From a bacterium (lineage in GTDB: Bacteria > Elusimicrobiota > Elusimicrobia > UBA1565 > UBA9628), in NCBI GenBank assembly GCA_021799485.1, contig JAJZAK010000007.1, forward strand, positions 13,472-77,471: a DNA stretch of 64,000 nucleotides, in the 5' to 3' direction. Each line of letters begins with the position of its first letter. The first letter of the stretch is position 1. The notes beneath the pieces are model-generated. The model was not told the DNA's origin. It made no database searches and saw nothing but the letters and a program-made list of their open reading frames with translations. A program made the position numbers and the translations under genes. Positions 49,369-58,414 of the stretch are shown in pieces.

Positions 49369-50168
49369 GGATGACGCGCCGCGGCCGTCGCCGCATAGAC
49401 GCGGTAAGTGCCGTCCGGGTCCGGAGAAGGGAGCGGCACCTGTTTGTCATTGACGCGCAATTGGATGGCGTTCGGGGAGCTCAGCTTGAACGCCAGCGAC
49501 TTCTTGAACTTCCATCGCTGCTCCTTGCCTTTGGGGACGCGTCCCTCGAAATGCGGGACTCCATCGGCGGCGATGCTGGCCCAGACGTCCTGGCCGAACT
49601 CGATGACGGCGTGGTTGAGATGGACGGGCTTCCCCGCGGAAGGATGGGGCGGCGGGGTCTTCCCGTCGGGCGGCGCCGGCTTTAAGACGGGAGCTTGGGC
49701 GGCGGCCGGCGCGGGAGGCGGGACTTGCCGCGGCGTCGAAGAGGCATGGTTCCTCGCGATCCAGAAGGCGATTCCTAGGGCCGCGAGAAAGGCGGCTCCC
49801 CCAAGGATGGCGGGCCAGAGCCATCCGGGCATGCCGCGTGACGGGTTCTGCGGCGCCTGGGGACGCTGGGAATCCCGAGAATCATCGGATTGCCGCAGGG
49901 CGTCCCAAAGCGATCCGAAGTCCGCGTCAATTTCGCGGCAGTAGCTTTCAAGGAAGCCCCGGAGATAGCATCGTGCCGGGAAGGCATCGCGGCGGTTGCT
50001 CTCCAGCGCCTTCAGATACTTAAGCGGGATGCGGGATCGTTTGCTGAGAACCTCGAGGGTTTCGCCGCGCTTCTCGCGAGCCTTGCGTAGCTCCTTGCCG
50101 ACATCGACGGCCGGAGCGGGAGCTTTTCTGTCGGACGAATCGGAATCGACGCGGGCTTCATCGTTCAT
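49365..50168 (-). CDS. rodZ: RodZ-like cytoskeleton protein (HTH plus TM plus DUF4115-like C-terminal domain)
   Basis: The HTH is VGKELRKAREKRGETLEVLSKRSRIPLKYLKALE. It has a single TM (WLWPAILGGAAFLAALGIAFWIA), a Pro-rich linker and a beta-rich C-terminal domain. Confidence 0.65.
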   Translation of the reverse strand: MNDEARVDSDSSDRKAPAPAVDVGKELRKAREKRGETLEVLSKRSRIPLKYLKALESNRRDAFPARCYLRGFLESYCREIDADFGSLWDALRQSDDSRDSQRPQAPQNPSRGMPGWLWPAILGGAAFLAALGIAFWIARNHASSTPRQVPPPAPAAAQAPVLKPAPPDGKTPPPHPSAGKPVHLNHAVIEFGQDVWASIAADGVPHFEGRVPKGKEQRWKFKKSLAFKLSSPNAIQLRVNDKQVPLPSPDPDGTYRVYAATAAARHP

Positions 50169-50208
50169 GAACTGCTCCTATTATAGCGAGTTCGATATTT
50201 CAAAGTTA

Positions 50209-50970
50209 TCACTGATTGACGACGCCGGGAAGGGACGGATTATCGAAGACCTCCGCGTCCGGCGGAGGTCGGAAGCGGAACATTGAATCCGGGACGGGCT
50301 CGTTGAAATGGATGGCGCTAAAGAGCGTACGGATGGAAAGGTCCCCGGCCGAGAGCAGAGCCTCTCGCGGGAAAAAATCGTCGCTTGAAAGCATGAGGGC
50401 GAGGCGGAACCGGGCCTTCGGGTCCCGGGGCTTGAGCCTGATATCAATGTCGCGCTCTCCGGAGGAGGCGATGGCGGCCGTGGCGCCGACAAGCTCGTAG
50501 CGCGACAGCAGGCTCGCGTAGTGGCCGAGGTCGAGAAGGTTCTGGGCGAGCGGTTCCGAGCGTTTCCAGGCGTCGAGGCGGGTCTTGATCACTTGGTTCG
50601 TGGAGATGCGCCAGACCCAGATGCGTCGGCCGTCCGAGACCGTCACTTGAGCCTCGGGCGTGCTTTGCTCGATGCGGAAGAGATCGGGGGTTTGGTAAAA
50701 AAATCTTCCGCCGGCCCGTTGGCTCGTTCCCGAGCCCTCCCACTCAAGCTCCTGGGAAAAGGAGGCCTGAACCGTCTTGAGGGCGCTGTCGAGGCGTTCG
50801 AAGCCCTTAAGGACGATTTCCGCCGTCACGGGAGCCGTCGCTGGCAGGACGAAGGCGCCCGGAAGCCCCGAGGACGTGCTTGAGAGATCGACAGCCTGGG
50901 GGGGCGGGCCGGAAGGCGGTTGCGCGCAAAGGGGCGCTGCGGCCAGCCATATCCAGAGGCCCGCGTTCAT
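50209..50970 (-). CDS. lolA: LolA-like outer-membrane lipoprotein carrier protein
   Basis: It has a signal peptide, ASFSQELEWEGSG..RAGGRFFYQTPDLFRIEQSTPEAQVTVSDGRRIWVW, and the classic ftsK-lolA adjacency with an ATGA overlap. Confidence 0.7.
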   Translation of the reverse strand: MNAGLWIWLAAAPLCAQPPSGPPPQAVDLSSTSSGLPGAFVLPATAPVTAEIVLKGFERLDSALKTVQASFSQELEWEGSGTSQRAGGRFFYQTPDLFRIEQSTPEAQVTVSDGRRIWVWRISTNQVIKTRLDAWKRSEPLAQNLLDLGHYASLLSRYELVGATAAIASSGERDIDIRLKPRDPKARFRLALMLSSDDFFPREALLSAGDLSIRTLFSAIHFNEPVPDSMFRFRPPPDAEVFDNPSLPGVVNQ

Positions 50971-53258
50971 GGCGCGGGGGTTCCGGAAGCGCTCGAGAAG
51001 TTTTTCTTGAGGCAGTCCTCGATCTGGTCAAAGCGGATTTCCCAACGGTTGGAGCCGTCCGGTTTGTGGATGAGACCCTTGACCTCGAGAAGGCTGAGGA
51101 GATTCGTCGCGCGGGCGGAGGAGCCGAACTGGGACTTAAGGAGGTCTTGGGAGACGCGCCTCCTCTCGATGATGAGCTTCAAGGCGCGGGCGAAGTCCTC
51201 GGGAGCCACCCCGTGAGGACCGAGGTCGGCGGAAAGAGCGGAGGGGGCCGCTTCCCATGGAGCATAGGAAGGTCCGCCCTGCGCGACGAGATGCGCGGTC
51301 ACGCGGCGGATTTCCTCCTCGCTCACGTAGGCTCCCTGGCAGCGTTCGGGCTTTTGCGCGCCGGCCGCGAGGAAGAGGAGGTCGCCCCTCCCCTGCAGGG
51401 ACTCCGCTCCCGAGGAGTCTAGGATGACCTTGGAGTCGATTCTGGAGATGACCTGCAGGGCGACGCGGCAAGGAAGGTTCGCCTTGATGACGCCCGTGAT
51501 GACGTCCACCGAGGGCCTCTGTGTGGATAAAACGAGATGGATGCCCACGGCCCGGGCCATCTGGGCCAAGCGTTGAATGGCGGTCTCGACGCTGTCGCGC
51601 GAGAGGAGCATGAGATCCGCAAGCTCGTCGATGACGACGATGACGAAATATTCCCTGGGCTCGCCGCGGCGGTCGGCCTCCTGATTGTAGGAGTCAATGT
51701 TACGCACCCCCCACTTCGCGAATTTTTCGTAGCGCGCGTCCATGAAGCGAACGAGGGCATCGAGGGCTTGGCGGGCGTGCTTGGCGCTCGTGATGACCGA
51801 GGCATTCTCCGGAGAGGCGGTCGGATCAAAGAGGTGCGGGATGCCGCTGTAGAAGGTCATCTCAAGGCGTTTGGGATCGATCATGACGAACTTGAGCTCG
51901 TCGGGCCGGGCCCGATAGAGGATCGAAAGGATCATGACGTGGAGGAAGACGGATTTGCCGCTGTTGGTCGCGCCGGCGACGAGAAGATGCGGCATCTTTT
52001 GAAGATCGGCGGTTCTTTGCTCCCCGTCGGCCGAAAGGCCGAGGATGAAAGAGGTCAGGGGATCCTTGGAGCCCAGCGCCCCGCGTTCAAGAAGCTCCCG
52101 CAGAACGACGAAGGCTGGACGAGGATTTGGAATCTCGACGCCGACCGCGCCCTTGCCGGGAATAGGCGCCAGAAGCCGAATCCCTTTCGCCTTGAGAGCG
52201 AGGGCGATGTCGGACTCCCTCGCGACGATCGAGCTCACTTTCACCCCCGCGGCGGGTTCGAGCTCATAGCGCGTGATGACGGGGCCCGGCGTCACGCCCA
52301 CGACGGCGGCCGAAATCCCGAAATCGTGCAGCGTCTTCTCGAGGCGACGGCTCGTCGTATCGAGCTCCTCGGACGGCGGCTTGCCGGAGCCGGCTTGGTT
52401 TTTGGGAAGGTCGAGCAAATCGGCGGAGGGCGGCGCGTATCCAGCGAAGGGCGAGGCGGGATCCGGAGGACGCCTCTTTGGGGCGGCCTGGGCCGCATCC
52501 GCGGGGGCATGGCGCGACGGCTTGCCGGAGTTTGGCTCGGACTCAGCGGACTCGGCGGCGGCCGGGACGAGCCTGGGCGACGGCTTGCTGGAGCTTGACG
52601 ACGCGCTGACAGGCGCGGATGTCATCGGAGCCGGCTTTTCCAGCGCTGCGGCGGCCTTGGCCTCTCGAAGTTTCTGGGCTACTGATTGACGATCTCGCCT
52701 CCAGTCGTTGAAATCGTCGCGAAGGAGTCGGCCGACGGCCTTGACCCCCTCGAGATAGTCAAGTCCGTAGAGAACGTTGAGCGCCACGAGCAGAAAGGGC
52801 GCCGCCACAAGAAAAGCGCCGAAAGCCCCGAAGACATTGACGAGCAGGCCCTGCAGGCGGTTTCCGACGGCGCCGCCCCAAGCAACGGGCGAGGCGCCGA
52901 AGAGGGCGGCGAGAAGCCCTAGAAGCGCGGCGGCAAACGCGAGAGCGGCCGCCAGGCTGACCCAAAGAAGGCTGCGGCGCGCCGCGTCTTTTCGGGCGGC
53001 CTTTCGAGCGAGGATACCCACCAAGGACAAGGGAAGAAACCACGCCGAGCGCCCGAGAGCGCCTTGGAGAACGAGGGCTATTTTAGCGCCGACGCGGCCC
53101 GCGCTTTGGGGTTGGGGCCAAGCCAAAAGCCATGCCAGATAAAGGCCTAGCGCGCCTCCCAGCAGCCCGCCTCCAAGCCCCTTGAGGCGCGCCCGCCTGC
53201 CGGAGGTCTGGCGGCGCTCCTTGGAGAGCTTGAGCTGGGCGCGCCCGGGTTTAGGCAC
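50967..53258 (-). CDS. ftsK: DNA translocase FtsK
   Basis: It has N-terminal TM segments and a Pro/Ala linker. Walker A is LLVAGATNSGKSV and Walker B is FVIVVIDELADLM. The C-terminal winged-helix gamma-like domain is RRRVSQDLLKSQFGSSARATNLLSLLEVKGLI. Confidence 0.9.
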   Translation of the reverse strand: MPKPGRAQLKLSKERRQTSGRRARLKGLGGGLLGGALGLYLAWLLAWPQPQSAGRVGAKIALVLQGALGRSAWFLPLSLVGILARKAARKDAARRSLLWVSLAAALAFAAALLGLLAALFGASPVAWGGAVGNRLQGLLVNVFGAFGAFLVAAPFLLVALNVLYGLDYLEGVKAVGRLLRDDFNDWRRDRQSVAQKLREAKAAAALEKPAPMTSAPVSASSSSSKPSPRLVPAAAESAESEPNSGKPSRHAPADAAQAAPKRRPPDPASPFAGYAPPSADLLDLPKNQAGSGKPPSEELDTTSRRLEKTLHDFGISAAVVGVTPGPVITRYELEPAAGVKVSSIVARESDIALALKAKGIRLLAPIPGKGAVGVEIPNPRPAFVVLRELLERGALGSKDPLTSFILGLSADGEQRTADLQKMPHLLVAGATNSGKSVFLHVMILSILYRARPDELKFVMIDPKRLEMTFYSGIPHLFDPTASPENASVITSAKHARQALDALVRFMDARYEKFAKWGVRNIDSYNQEADRRGEPREYFVIVVIDELADLMLLSRDSVETAIQRLAQMARAVGIHLVLSTQRPSVDVITGVIKANLPCRVALQVISRIDSKVILDSSGAESLQGRGDLLFLAAGAQKPERCQGAYVSEEEIRRVTAHLVAQGGPSYAPWEAAPSALSADLGPHGVAPEDFARALKLIIERRRVSQDLLKSQFGSSARATNLLSLLEVKGLIHKPDGSNRWEIRFDQIEDCLKKNFSSASGTPAP

Positions 53259-53260
53259 GA

Positions 53261-53770
53261 CTAGCGTTTAATGAGAAAGAGATCCTGTCCCGATTTGACG
53301 GGCTTTCCGTTCTCGACGAGCGCCCGGAGGACCGTGCAGTCAAAGTCGGCCTTGATCTCGTTGAAAACCTTCATGGCCTCGATCATGCAGATGACCTGGC
53401 CCGAGGCGACGCGCTCCCCGTCCTTGGCGTAAGGCGGTGCCGACGGCGTGCTCGCGCGATAAAAGATGCCCATCATGGGCGCCTTGATCGTTTCGGAGCC
53501 GGCGGGCGCAGCCTGGGCGGCGGCGCGTTGAGCGGCGGCCGCGGGAGCGCTCGCGGCCGCCGCTCCCGCGGCGGGTCCCACGAAAACCGGAACGGGGACG
53601 GGGGCCTGCTCGGAGGGTTTTCTGACAAGGCGCACGTGGAGGTCGTCATCATCGAGCTCCAAGCGTTCGAGGCCATGGGAGCGCATGAACTCATAGAACT
53701 CCTTGAGCCTCTCCAAGGCGCGTGTCCCCCTCGGTTGCTGGGAGGGTTTCGACGGCGCTTTGCGGGCCAT
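53261..53770 (-). CDS. accB: Acetyl-CoA carboxylase biotin carboxyl carrier protein
   Basis: It has an Ala/Pro-rich linker and the biotinyl domain APMMGIFYRA..GQVICMIEAMKVFNEIKAD, which contains the EAMK biotinylation motif. Confidence 0.9.
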   Translation of the reverse strand: MARKAPSKPSQQPRGTRALERLKEFYEFMRSHGLERLELDDDDLHVRLVRKPSEQAPVPVPVFVGPAAGAAAASAPAAAAQRAAAQAAPAGSETIKAPMMGIFYRASTPSAPPYAKDGERVASGQVICMIEAMKVFNEIKADFDCTVLRALVENGKPVKSGQDLFLIKR

Positions 53771-56004
53771 CAGCGCGAATTCCTCGGGCGCTGTCCGCCG
53801 CCAGGAAAGACCGGGTTGCGGCGGCCGCCGCGGTGGCCGCCACCGGGGCTCTTGCCGTCCTGCGGCGGTTCGCCTTCTCCTCCCCCGGCGAGCAACACTC
53901 GGCGCGACAGGCGGATGCGGCCCGAGTTATCGATCTCGATGACCTTCACTTGGACCGTATCGCCCTGCTTGAGGACATCCTCCACGCGCGCGACACGCTT
54001 CGTGTCGATCTGGGAAATGTGGAGCAGGCCCTCCTTGCCCGGTAGAATTTCGATGAACGCGCCGAACTCCTTGATGGAGACGACGCGGCCCTCATAGACC
54101 TTGCCGATCTCGGCTTCCTGGGTCAGGGCCTCCACTTCGGCCCGGGCCCTATCGCAGGAGTCGGCATCCACGCCCGAAATAAAGACCGTGCCGTCGTCCT
54201 CAACCTCGATTTCGACGCCGTACGTGTCGATCAGCCGACGGATGTTCTTGCCACCGGGCCCGATGAGCTGGCCGATGTAATCCGTGGGGATCGTCAGCCG
54301 ATAGAGCCTCGGCGCGTAGACCGAGAGCTGCTGGCGCGGCTGAGTGATCGCCTGGGCCATCTTGTCGAGAATGAAGAGCCGGCCGCGTTTGGCCTGCGCG
54401 AGGGCTTCCTTGAGAATATCGACGGAAAGCCCCGCGACTTTCATGTCAAGCTGAAAGCTCGTGATGCCCTTCGTCGTTCCGGCAACCTTGAAATCCATGT
54501 CGCCGTTGTGGTCCTCGATGCCCGCGATGTCGGTGAGGATGGCGTGGCGGCCGTCCTCGAGGATAAGTCCCATGGCGACGCCGGCGCAGGCCGCCTTCAT
54601 GGGAACCCCGGCGTCAAAAAGCGCCAAGGAACCGCCGCACACGCTTGCCATGGACGAGGATCCGTTTGACTCGAGGATATCGGATACGATGCGGATCGTA
54701 TAGCCGAAATCCTCCTCGGAAGGGAGGAGCGGCGCCAGCGCCCGGCGGGCGAGCGCTCCATGGCCGATCTCCCGGCGAGCGGGGCCCCGTTCAGGCTTGA
54801 CCTCGCCGACGGAGAAGCCGGGGAAGTTGTAGTGGAGAAGGAATCGCTCCTTGTATTCTCCCTCGAGCTCGTCCATGACCTGCATGTCCGCGGGGCTTCC
54901 CAGCGTCGCGGTGCAGAGGGCCTGAGTCTGTCCGCGCGTGAAGAGAGCCGAGCCGTGGATGCGGGGCAGGAAGGGAACTTGGATGGAGATCGGACGGATC
55001 TCTTCAAAGCCGCGGCCGTCGGGACGCTGCCGGTCCCTTAGGGCCATGGCGCGGCTTTCGTGGTAGAGGATGTCTTCGACGATGGGAGAGACGTGCGTTT
55101 CCCCCCCCGCAAGCGCGGGCGTCTGAGCCTCGGCGGCGATCGCCGCCTTGATGGACTCCTTTAAGGAAGAGAGCTTTTCATCCAAGCCGCGCTTGTCAAG
55201 CTTCAGGCGCAGGGCCGACTTGACGCCTTCGACGGCCCGGGACTTGATGAAATCTAGGATTTCCCGGGGGCGCTCCGGCGCCTTGACGGCGCGTTTGGCC
55301 ACGCTCCGCCCGGAGGCGGCCGAAGCCGCGACGAGGCGCGCTTGGAGCTCGCAGAGCTTGTCGATCGCCGCCTGGGCGACCTGCAAGGCCTCGATGACGA
55401 ATTCCTCCGTCACCTCTCTGGCCCCGCCCTCCACCATGAGAATCGAGCCCTTCTTGCCGGCGACAACGAGCTCCATGTCGGCGCGGTCTCGCTCTTCGAA
55501 GGTCGGGAAAAGGACGAGCTTGCCTTCCAACGCGGCGACGCGGGTCGCGGCGACGGGTCCTTCCCAGGGCACGTCCGAGAGCATCAAGGCCGACGAAGCG
55601 CTCGTGATCGCGAGCACGTCCGAGTCGTTCTCGATGTCGGAGGCGATGACGAGGCTATGGACCATCGTCTCGAAGTTCCAGCCCTCGGGGAACAAAGGCC
55701 TGATCGGGCGGTCGACGAGGCGCGAGGACAGGACTTCTTTCTCTCGGGGACGGTTCTCGCGCTTGAAAAATCCTCCCGGAATTCGGCCCGCGGCGTAGGT
55801 GCGCTCGCGGTATTCGGAAGTGAGCGGAATGAAGCTCACGTCCTTGGGAGTCTGCGAGGCCGTCGCGCTCGTGAGAACCACGGTGTCGCCGAGACGCACC
55901 GTCGCGGCGCCGCCCGCTTGCTTGGCGATGGTGCCAGTTTCCAGCGTCAGGGTTTTCCCCCCGACGGTTTCCTGGAGGGAGATCTTTTGGAGGGAGTTCG
56001 ACAT
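53770..56004 (-). CDS. pnp: Polyribonucleotide nucleotidyltransferase (PNPase) with Gly/Arg-rich C-terminal tail
   Basis: It has two RNase PH-like halves (FFKRENRPREKEVLSSRLVDRPIRPLFPEG; GPARREIGHGALARRAL), a KH domain (GQLIGPGGKNIRRL) and an S1 domain (GKVYEGRVVSIKEFGAFIEILPGKEGLLHISQI). These are followed by ~45 aa of GGGEGEPPQDGKSPGGGHRGGRRNPVFPGGGQRPRNSR. Confidence 0.95.
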   Translation of the reverse strand: MSNSLQKISLQETVGGKTLTLETGTIAKQAGGAATVRLGDTVVLTSATASQTPKDVSFIPLTSEYRERTYAAGRIPGGFFKRENRPREKEVLSSRLVDRPIRPLFPEGWNFETMVHSLVIASDIENDSDVLAITSASSALMLSDVPWEGPVAATRVAALEGKLVLFPTFEERDRADMELVVAGKKGSILMVEGGAREVTEEFVIEALQVAQAAIDKLCELQARLVAASAASGRSVAKRAVKAPERPREILDFIKSRAVEGVKSALRLKLDKRGLDEKLSSLKESIKAAIAAEAQTPALAGGETHVSPIVEDILYHESRAMALRDRQRPDGRGFEEIRPISIQVPFLPRIHGSALFTRGQTQALCTATLGSPADMQVMDELEGEYKERFLLHYNFPGFSVGEVKPERGPARREIGHGALARRALAPLLPSEEDFGYTIRIVSDILESNGSSSMASVCGGSLALFDAGVPMKAACAGVAMGLILEDGRHAILTDIAGIEDHNGDMDFKVAGTTKGITSFQLDMKVAGLSVDILKEALAQAKRGRLFILDKMAQAITQPRQQLSVYAPRLYRLTIPTDYIGQLIGPGGKNIRRLIDTYGVEIEVEDDGTVFISGVDADSCDRARAEVEALTQEAEIGKVYEGRVVSIKEFGAFIEILPGKEGLLHISQIDTKRVARVEDVLKQGDTVQVKVIEIDNSGRIRLSRRVLLAGGGEGEPPQDGKSPGGGHRGGRRNPVFPGGGQRPRNSR

Positions 56005-56005
56005 G

Positions 56006-56272
56006 CTACTTTCTCAGATCAAGCTGCTTGATGATCTGGGCGTATCCTCCGCGGTCGAAGCTCTTCAAGTATTCCAGAAGCCGGCGCCGGCGGCCGACCA
56101 GCTTGAGAAGCCCCCGCTGGGAGGAGAAGTCCTTCGTGTGACCCTTGAGATGAGAGGAGATGCTCTTGATCCTTTCACTCAAGATCGCGATTTGGGAGCG
56201 GGAGCTTCCCGTATCAGAGGGAGTCTTCCCGAATTTTCCGACAATGTCTGCTTTGGCTTGTTTTGTGATCAT
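56006..56272 (-). CDS. rpsO: 30S ribosomal protein S15
   Basis: MITKQAKADIVGKFGKTPSDTGSSRSQIAILSERIKSISSHLKGHTKDFSSQRGLLKLVGRRRRLLEYL is S15-like. It has the canonical rpsO-pnp order. The upstream Lys-rich extension in the track ORF is translated poly-A/T intergenic DNA and was rejected. Confidence 0.9.
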   Translation of the reverse strand: MITKQAKADIVGKFGKTPSDTGSSRSQIAILSERIKSISSHLKGHTKDFSSQRGLLKLVGRRRRLLEYLKSFDRGGYAQIIKQLDLRK

Positions 56273-56291
56273 AGCGTTTTCAACGAGGCTT

Positions 56292-56313
56292 CCCCGGCTG
56301 TGGCGGGCCGGGG
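56292..56313 (-). promoter_or_regulatory. GC-rich hairpin in the rpsO 5' leader (candidate S15 autoregulatory element)
   Basis: ccccggc (56292-56298), loop tgtggcgg, gccgggg (56307-56313); a perfect 7-bp stem 20-40 nt upstream of the rpsO ATG. The functional assignment is by analogy to known rpsO leaders only. Confidence 0.3.
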
Positions 56314-56340
56314 AGTAGATGGGTCCCGGTGTTTTTTTGA

Positions 56341-56380
56341 AAAAAAGAAAACGACTTCGTTTCTTTTTTTTTTTCTTTTT
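56341..56380 (-). terminator. AT-rich hairpin flanked by A- and T-runs (possible bidirectional intrinsic terminator after cinA)
   Basis: aaaaaa-gaaaacg-actt-cgtttc-tttttttttttt. The stem is short and weak (5 bp plus a bulge). A U-tract would follow on both strands. It is located ~80 nt downstream of the cinA stop. Confidence 0.35.
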
Positions 56381-56442
56381 TATAATTTTGTTTTCAGTCT
56401 CTTTATTATCTGGGACAGTATAGTAATGTTTCCGCGAAAGGG

Positions 56443-57738
56443 TCAAACTTCCGCGGATTGCCGGAGGGCCCTTAGGAGTTGGTGGAGCGCGAAGGCGCAG
56501 GCGCGGCGGCGCACGGTTTCACGGTCGCCCGAGAACCAGCGCTCGAAGACTTCGGTCCTGGAGTCATGGGGGCCAGAAAGGCCGAAGAAGACGGTTCCGA
56601 CGGGTTTTCCCGGGGTGCCGCCTCCCGGTCCCGCGATGCCCGTGATGGAAAGGCCCAGGGAGCTCCGGCAGCGCCGGCGCGCGAGACGCGCCATCTCGGC
56701 GGCGCATTCGGCGCTGACCGCGCCGCGGCCTCGGAGCGTTCCGGACTTGACGCCCAGGAGCCGGCGCTTGAGATCGTTGGAGTAGACGAGATAACCCCCC
56801 AGGAAATATCGGGAGCTCCCGGGTACCCGGGTGATCCTGGAGGCGAGCATCCCCGCCGTGCAGGACTCGGCCACCGCGAGCGTGAAGCCGCGGCGAAGAA
56901 GGCGGCGCCCCACGGCGTTCTCAAGGCTGTCTTCTCCCGCGCCGAAGATGTGCGGGCCGACGAGGGCCTTGGTCCGCCGTAAAAGGTGGGACTTGAGCGC
57001 GCGGTTTTTCGAGGGGTTTGGGCCTTCGATCAGGGCGTGAAATTCGACCTCGCCGTCCGAGGCGAGCATCGTGAAGTCGAGCCCGGGGCTTTTTTGGGAC
57101 ACGATCGGCTGGAGAAGCTCCTCCGCCTCCGACTCCGCGACGCCGCTCAAGTGGAGCGAGAAGCCCTCGACGTGGCGGCCGCGGGCGAGCCGGCGCTTGA
57201 GATCAGGCAGGACTTGGCGATCGAAGATGAGGGACATTTCCCGGGGCGGACCCGGCAAAAGATAGACGGTCTTTTCGCCTTTCCCGCGGCCCACGATGAC
57301 TCTCTGGCCCGGCGCCGAGCCGTGGGTGTTGGGGAGCGGCGTGGCCCCCTCGATGAGATAGGCTTGGCGTCGGTTCGAGGCCGGAATGGCGGCCCCGTGA
57401 CGGCGGAGCTTGCGCTCGATCTCACGGAAGAGTTCGGGGCGGAATTGGAGCCCGCGTTTGAGCGCCCTCGCGGCGCCCTCCCGCGTGACGTCGTCGAAGG
57501 TGGGGCCCAGCCCTCCGCAAACGACCGCCGCCTCGGATCGCGACAGGGCCTCTCCCAGGGCTCGGGAGATCTCGGCGTCGTCGTCCGGGACTTGGGAGGC
57601 CTTGCCGACGACGAGTCCGGCCGCGCGTAGTTTCTTGGCGATATACGGGCCGTCGCCGTCGGCTCGGCCGCTCAGAAGTTCCGTGCCCACGCAGAGAATT
57701 TCGACGCGCGCGGTCTCCGCTTTCCGATTTGAGTTCAT
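56443..57738 (-). CDS. cinA: Competence/damage-inducible protein CinA (MoCF-binding domain plus PncC-like nicotinamide-nucleotide amidase domain)
   Basis: The N-terminus has VEILCVGTELLSGR and GGLGPTFDDVT. The C-terminal domain has TLAVAESCTAGMLASRIT and SITGIAGPGGG. Confidence 0.9.
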   Translation of the reverse strand: MNSNRKAETARVEILCVGTELLSGRADGDGPYIAKKLRAAGLVVGKASQVPDDDAEISRALGEALSRSEAAVVCGGLGPTFDDVTREGAARALKRGLQFRPELFREIERKLRRHGAAIPASNRRQAYLIEGATPLPNTHGSAPGQRVIVGRGKGEKTVYLLPGPPREMSLIFDRQVLPDLKRRLARGRHVEGFSLHLSGVAESEAEELLQPIVSQKSPGLDFTMLASDGEVEFHALIEGPNPSKNRALKSHLLRRTKALVGPHIFGAGEDSLENAVGRRLLRRGFTLAVAESCTAGMLASRITRVPGSSRYFLGGYLVYSNDLKRRLLGVKSGTLRGRGAVSAECAAEMARLARRRCRSSLGLSITGIAGPGGGTPGKPVGTVFFGLSGPHDSRTEVFERWFSGDRETVRRRACAFALHQLLRALRQSAEV

Positions 57739-57775
57739 TTTCCCGTTTATGATACTTTATCCCGAGTCCAACTGA

Positions 57776-58414
57776 ATGCAGGGATTCCCGATCGTCATCT
57801 CCGCGCCCTCCGGGGCTGGCAAGTCCACCATATGCCGCAAGCTTCTGGAGCGACGGCGGGACCTCGCCTACTCGATCTCCTGCACGACCCGCCGCCCCCG
57901 CCCGGGCGAAAAAGACGGCCGCCAGTACCATTTCATGACCCGCGAGCAGTTTAAGCACGCCGTCCACAAGGGCGAGTTTCTTGAGTGGGCCGTGGTCCAC
58001 GATGAATACTATGGGACGCCGCGTCGCTTCATCCAGGAAATGATGGAAAAAGGCAAAAATCCTCTCCTGGCGATCGACGTCCAAGGGGCCATCGCCTTGC
58101 GGCGAAAGCTTCCCCAGGCGGTGCTCGTCTTTGTCGCGCCTCCCTCTCTGCGGGTGCTCCGGGAGCGGCTTGTCGCCCGGCGCGACGAGGAATCCTCCAT
58201 CGAGAAGCGCCTGGCTCGGGCGCGCGAGGAGATGGAGGAGGCCGGTCATTACGATTACTTGGTCGTCAACGACGATCTGGAGAAGGCCGTTATCTCCATC
58301 GACGCTGTCATTACGGCCGAGAGCCTTAGGATCAAACGCTGGACGCCGCCGAAGTTTTTTTTTGAAGCCGAAGAAGCCGTGCCGCAAGAACGCGTGACCT
58401 GGAGGAAGCGATGA
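57776..58414 (+). CDS. gmk: Guanylate kinase
   Basis: It has the P-loop ISAPSGAGKST, then SCTTRRPRPGEKDGRQYHF and EWAVVHDEYYGTP. Confidence 0.9.
   Translation: MQGFPIVISAPSGAGKSTICRKLLERRRDLAYSISCTTRRPRPGEKDGRQYHFMTREQFKHAVHKGEFLEWAVVHDEYYGTPRRFIQEMMEKGKNPLLAIDVQGAIALRRKLPQAVLVFVAPPSLRVLRERLVARRDEESSIEKRLARAREEMEEAGHYDYLVVNDDLEKAVISIDAVITAESLRIKRWTPPKFFFEAEEAVPQERVTWRKR

Noticed and set aside
56330-56400. Poly-A/poly-T rich patch considered as a mobile-element end or repeat array
   Set aside because: It is only ~70 nt long, with no flanking inverted or direct repeats and no associated ORF. It is best explained as a terminator and promoter spacer between cinA and rpsO.
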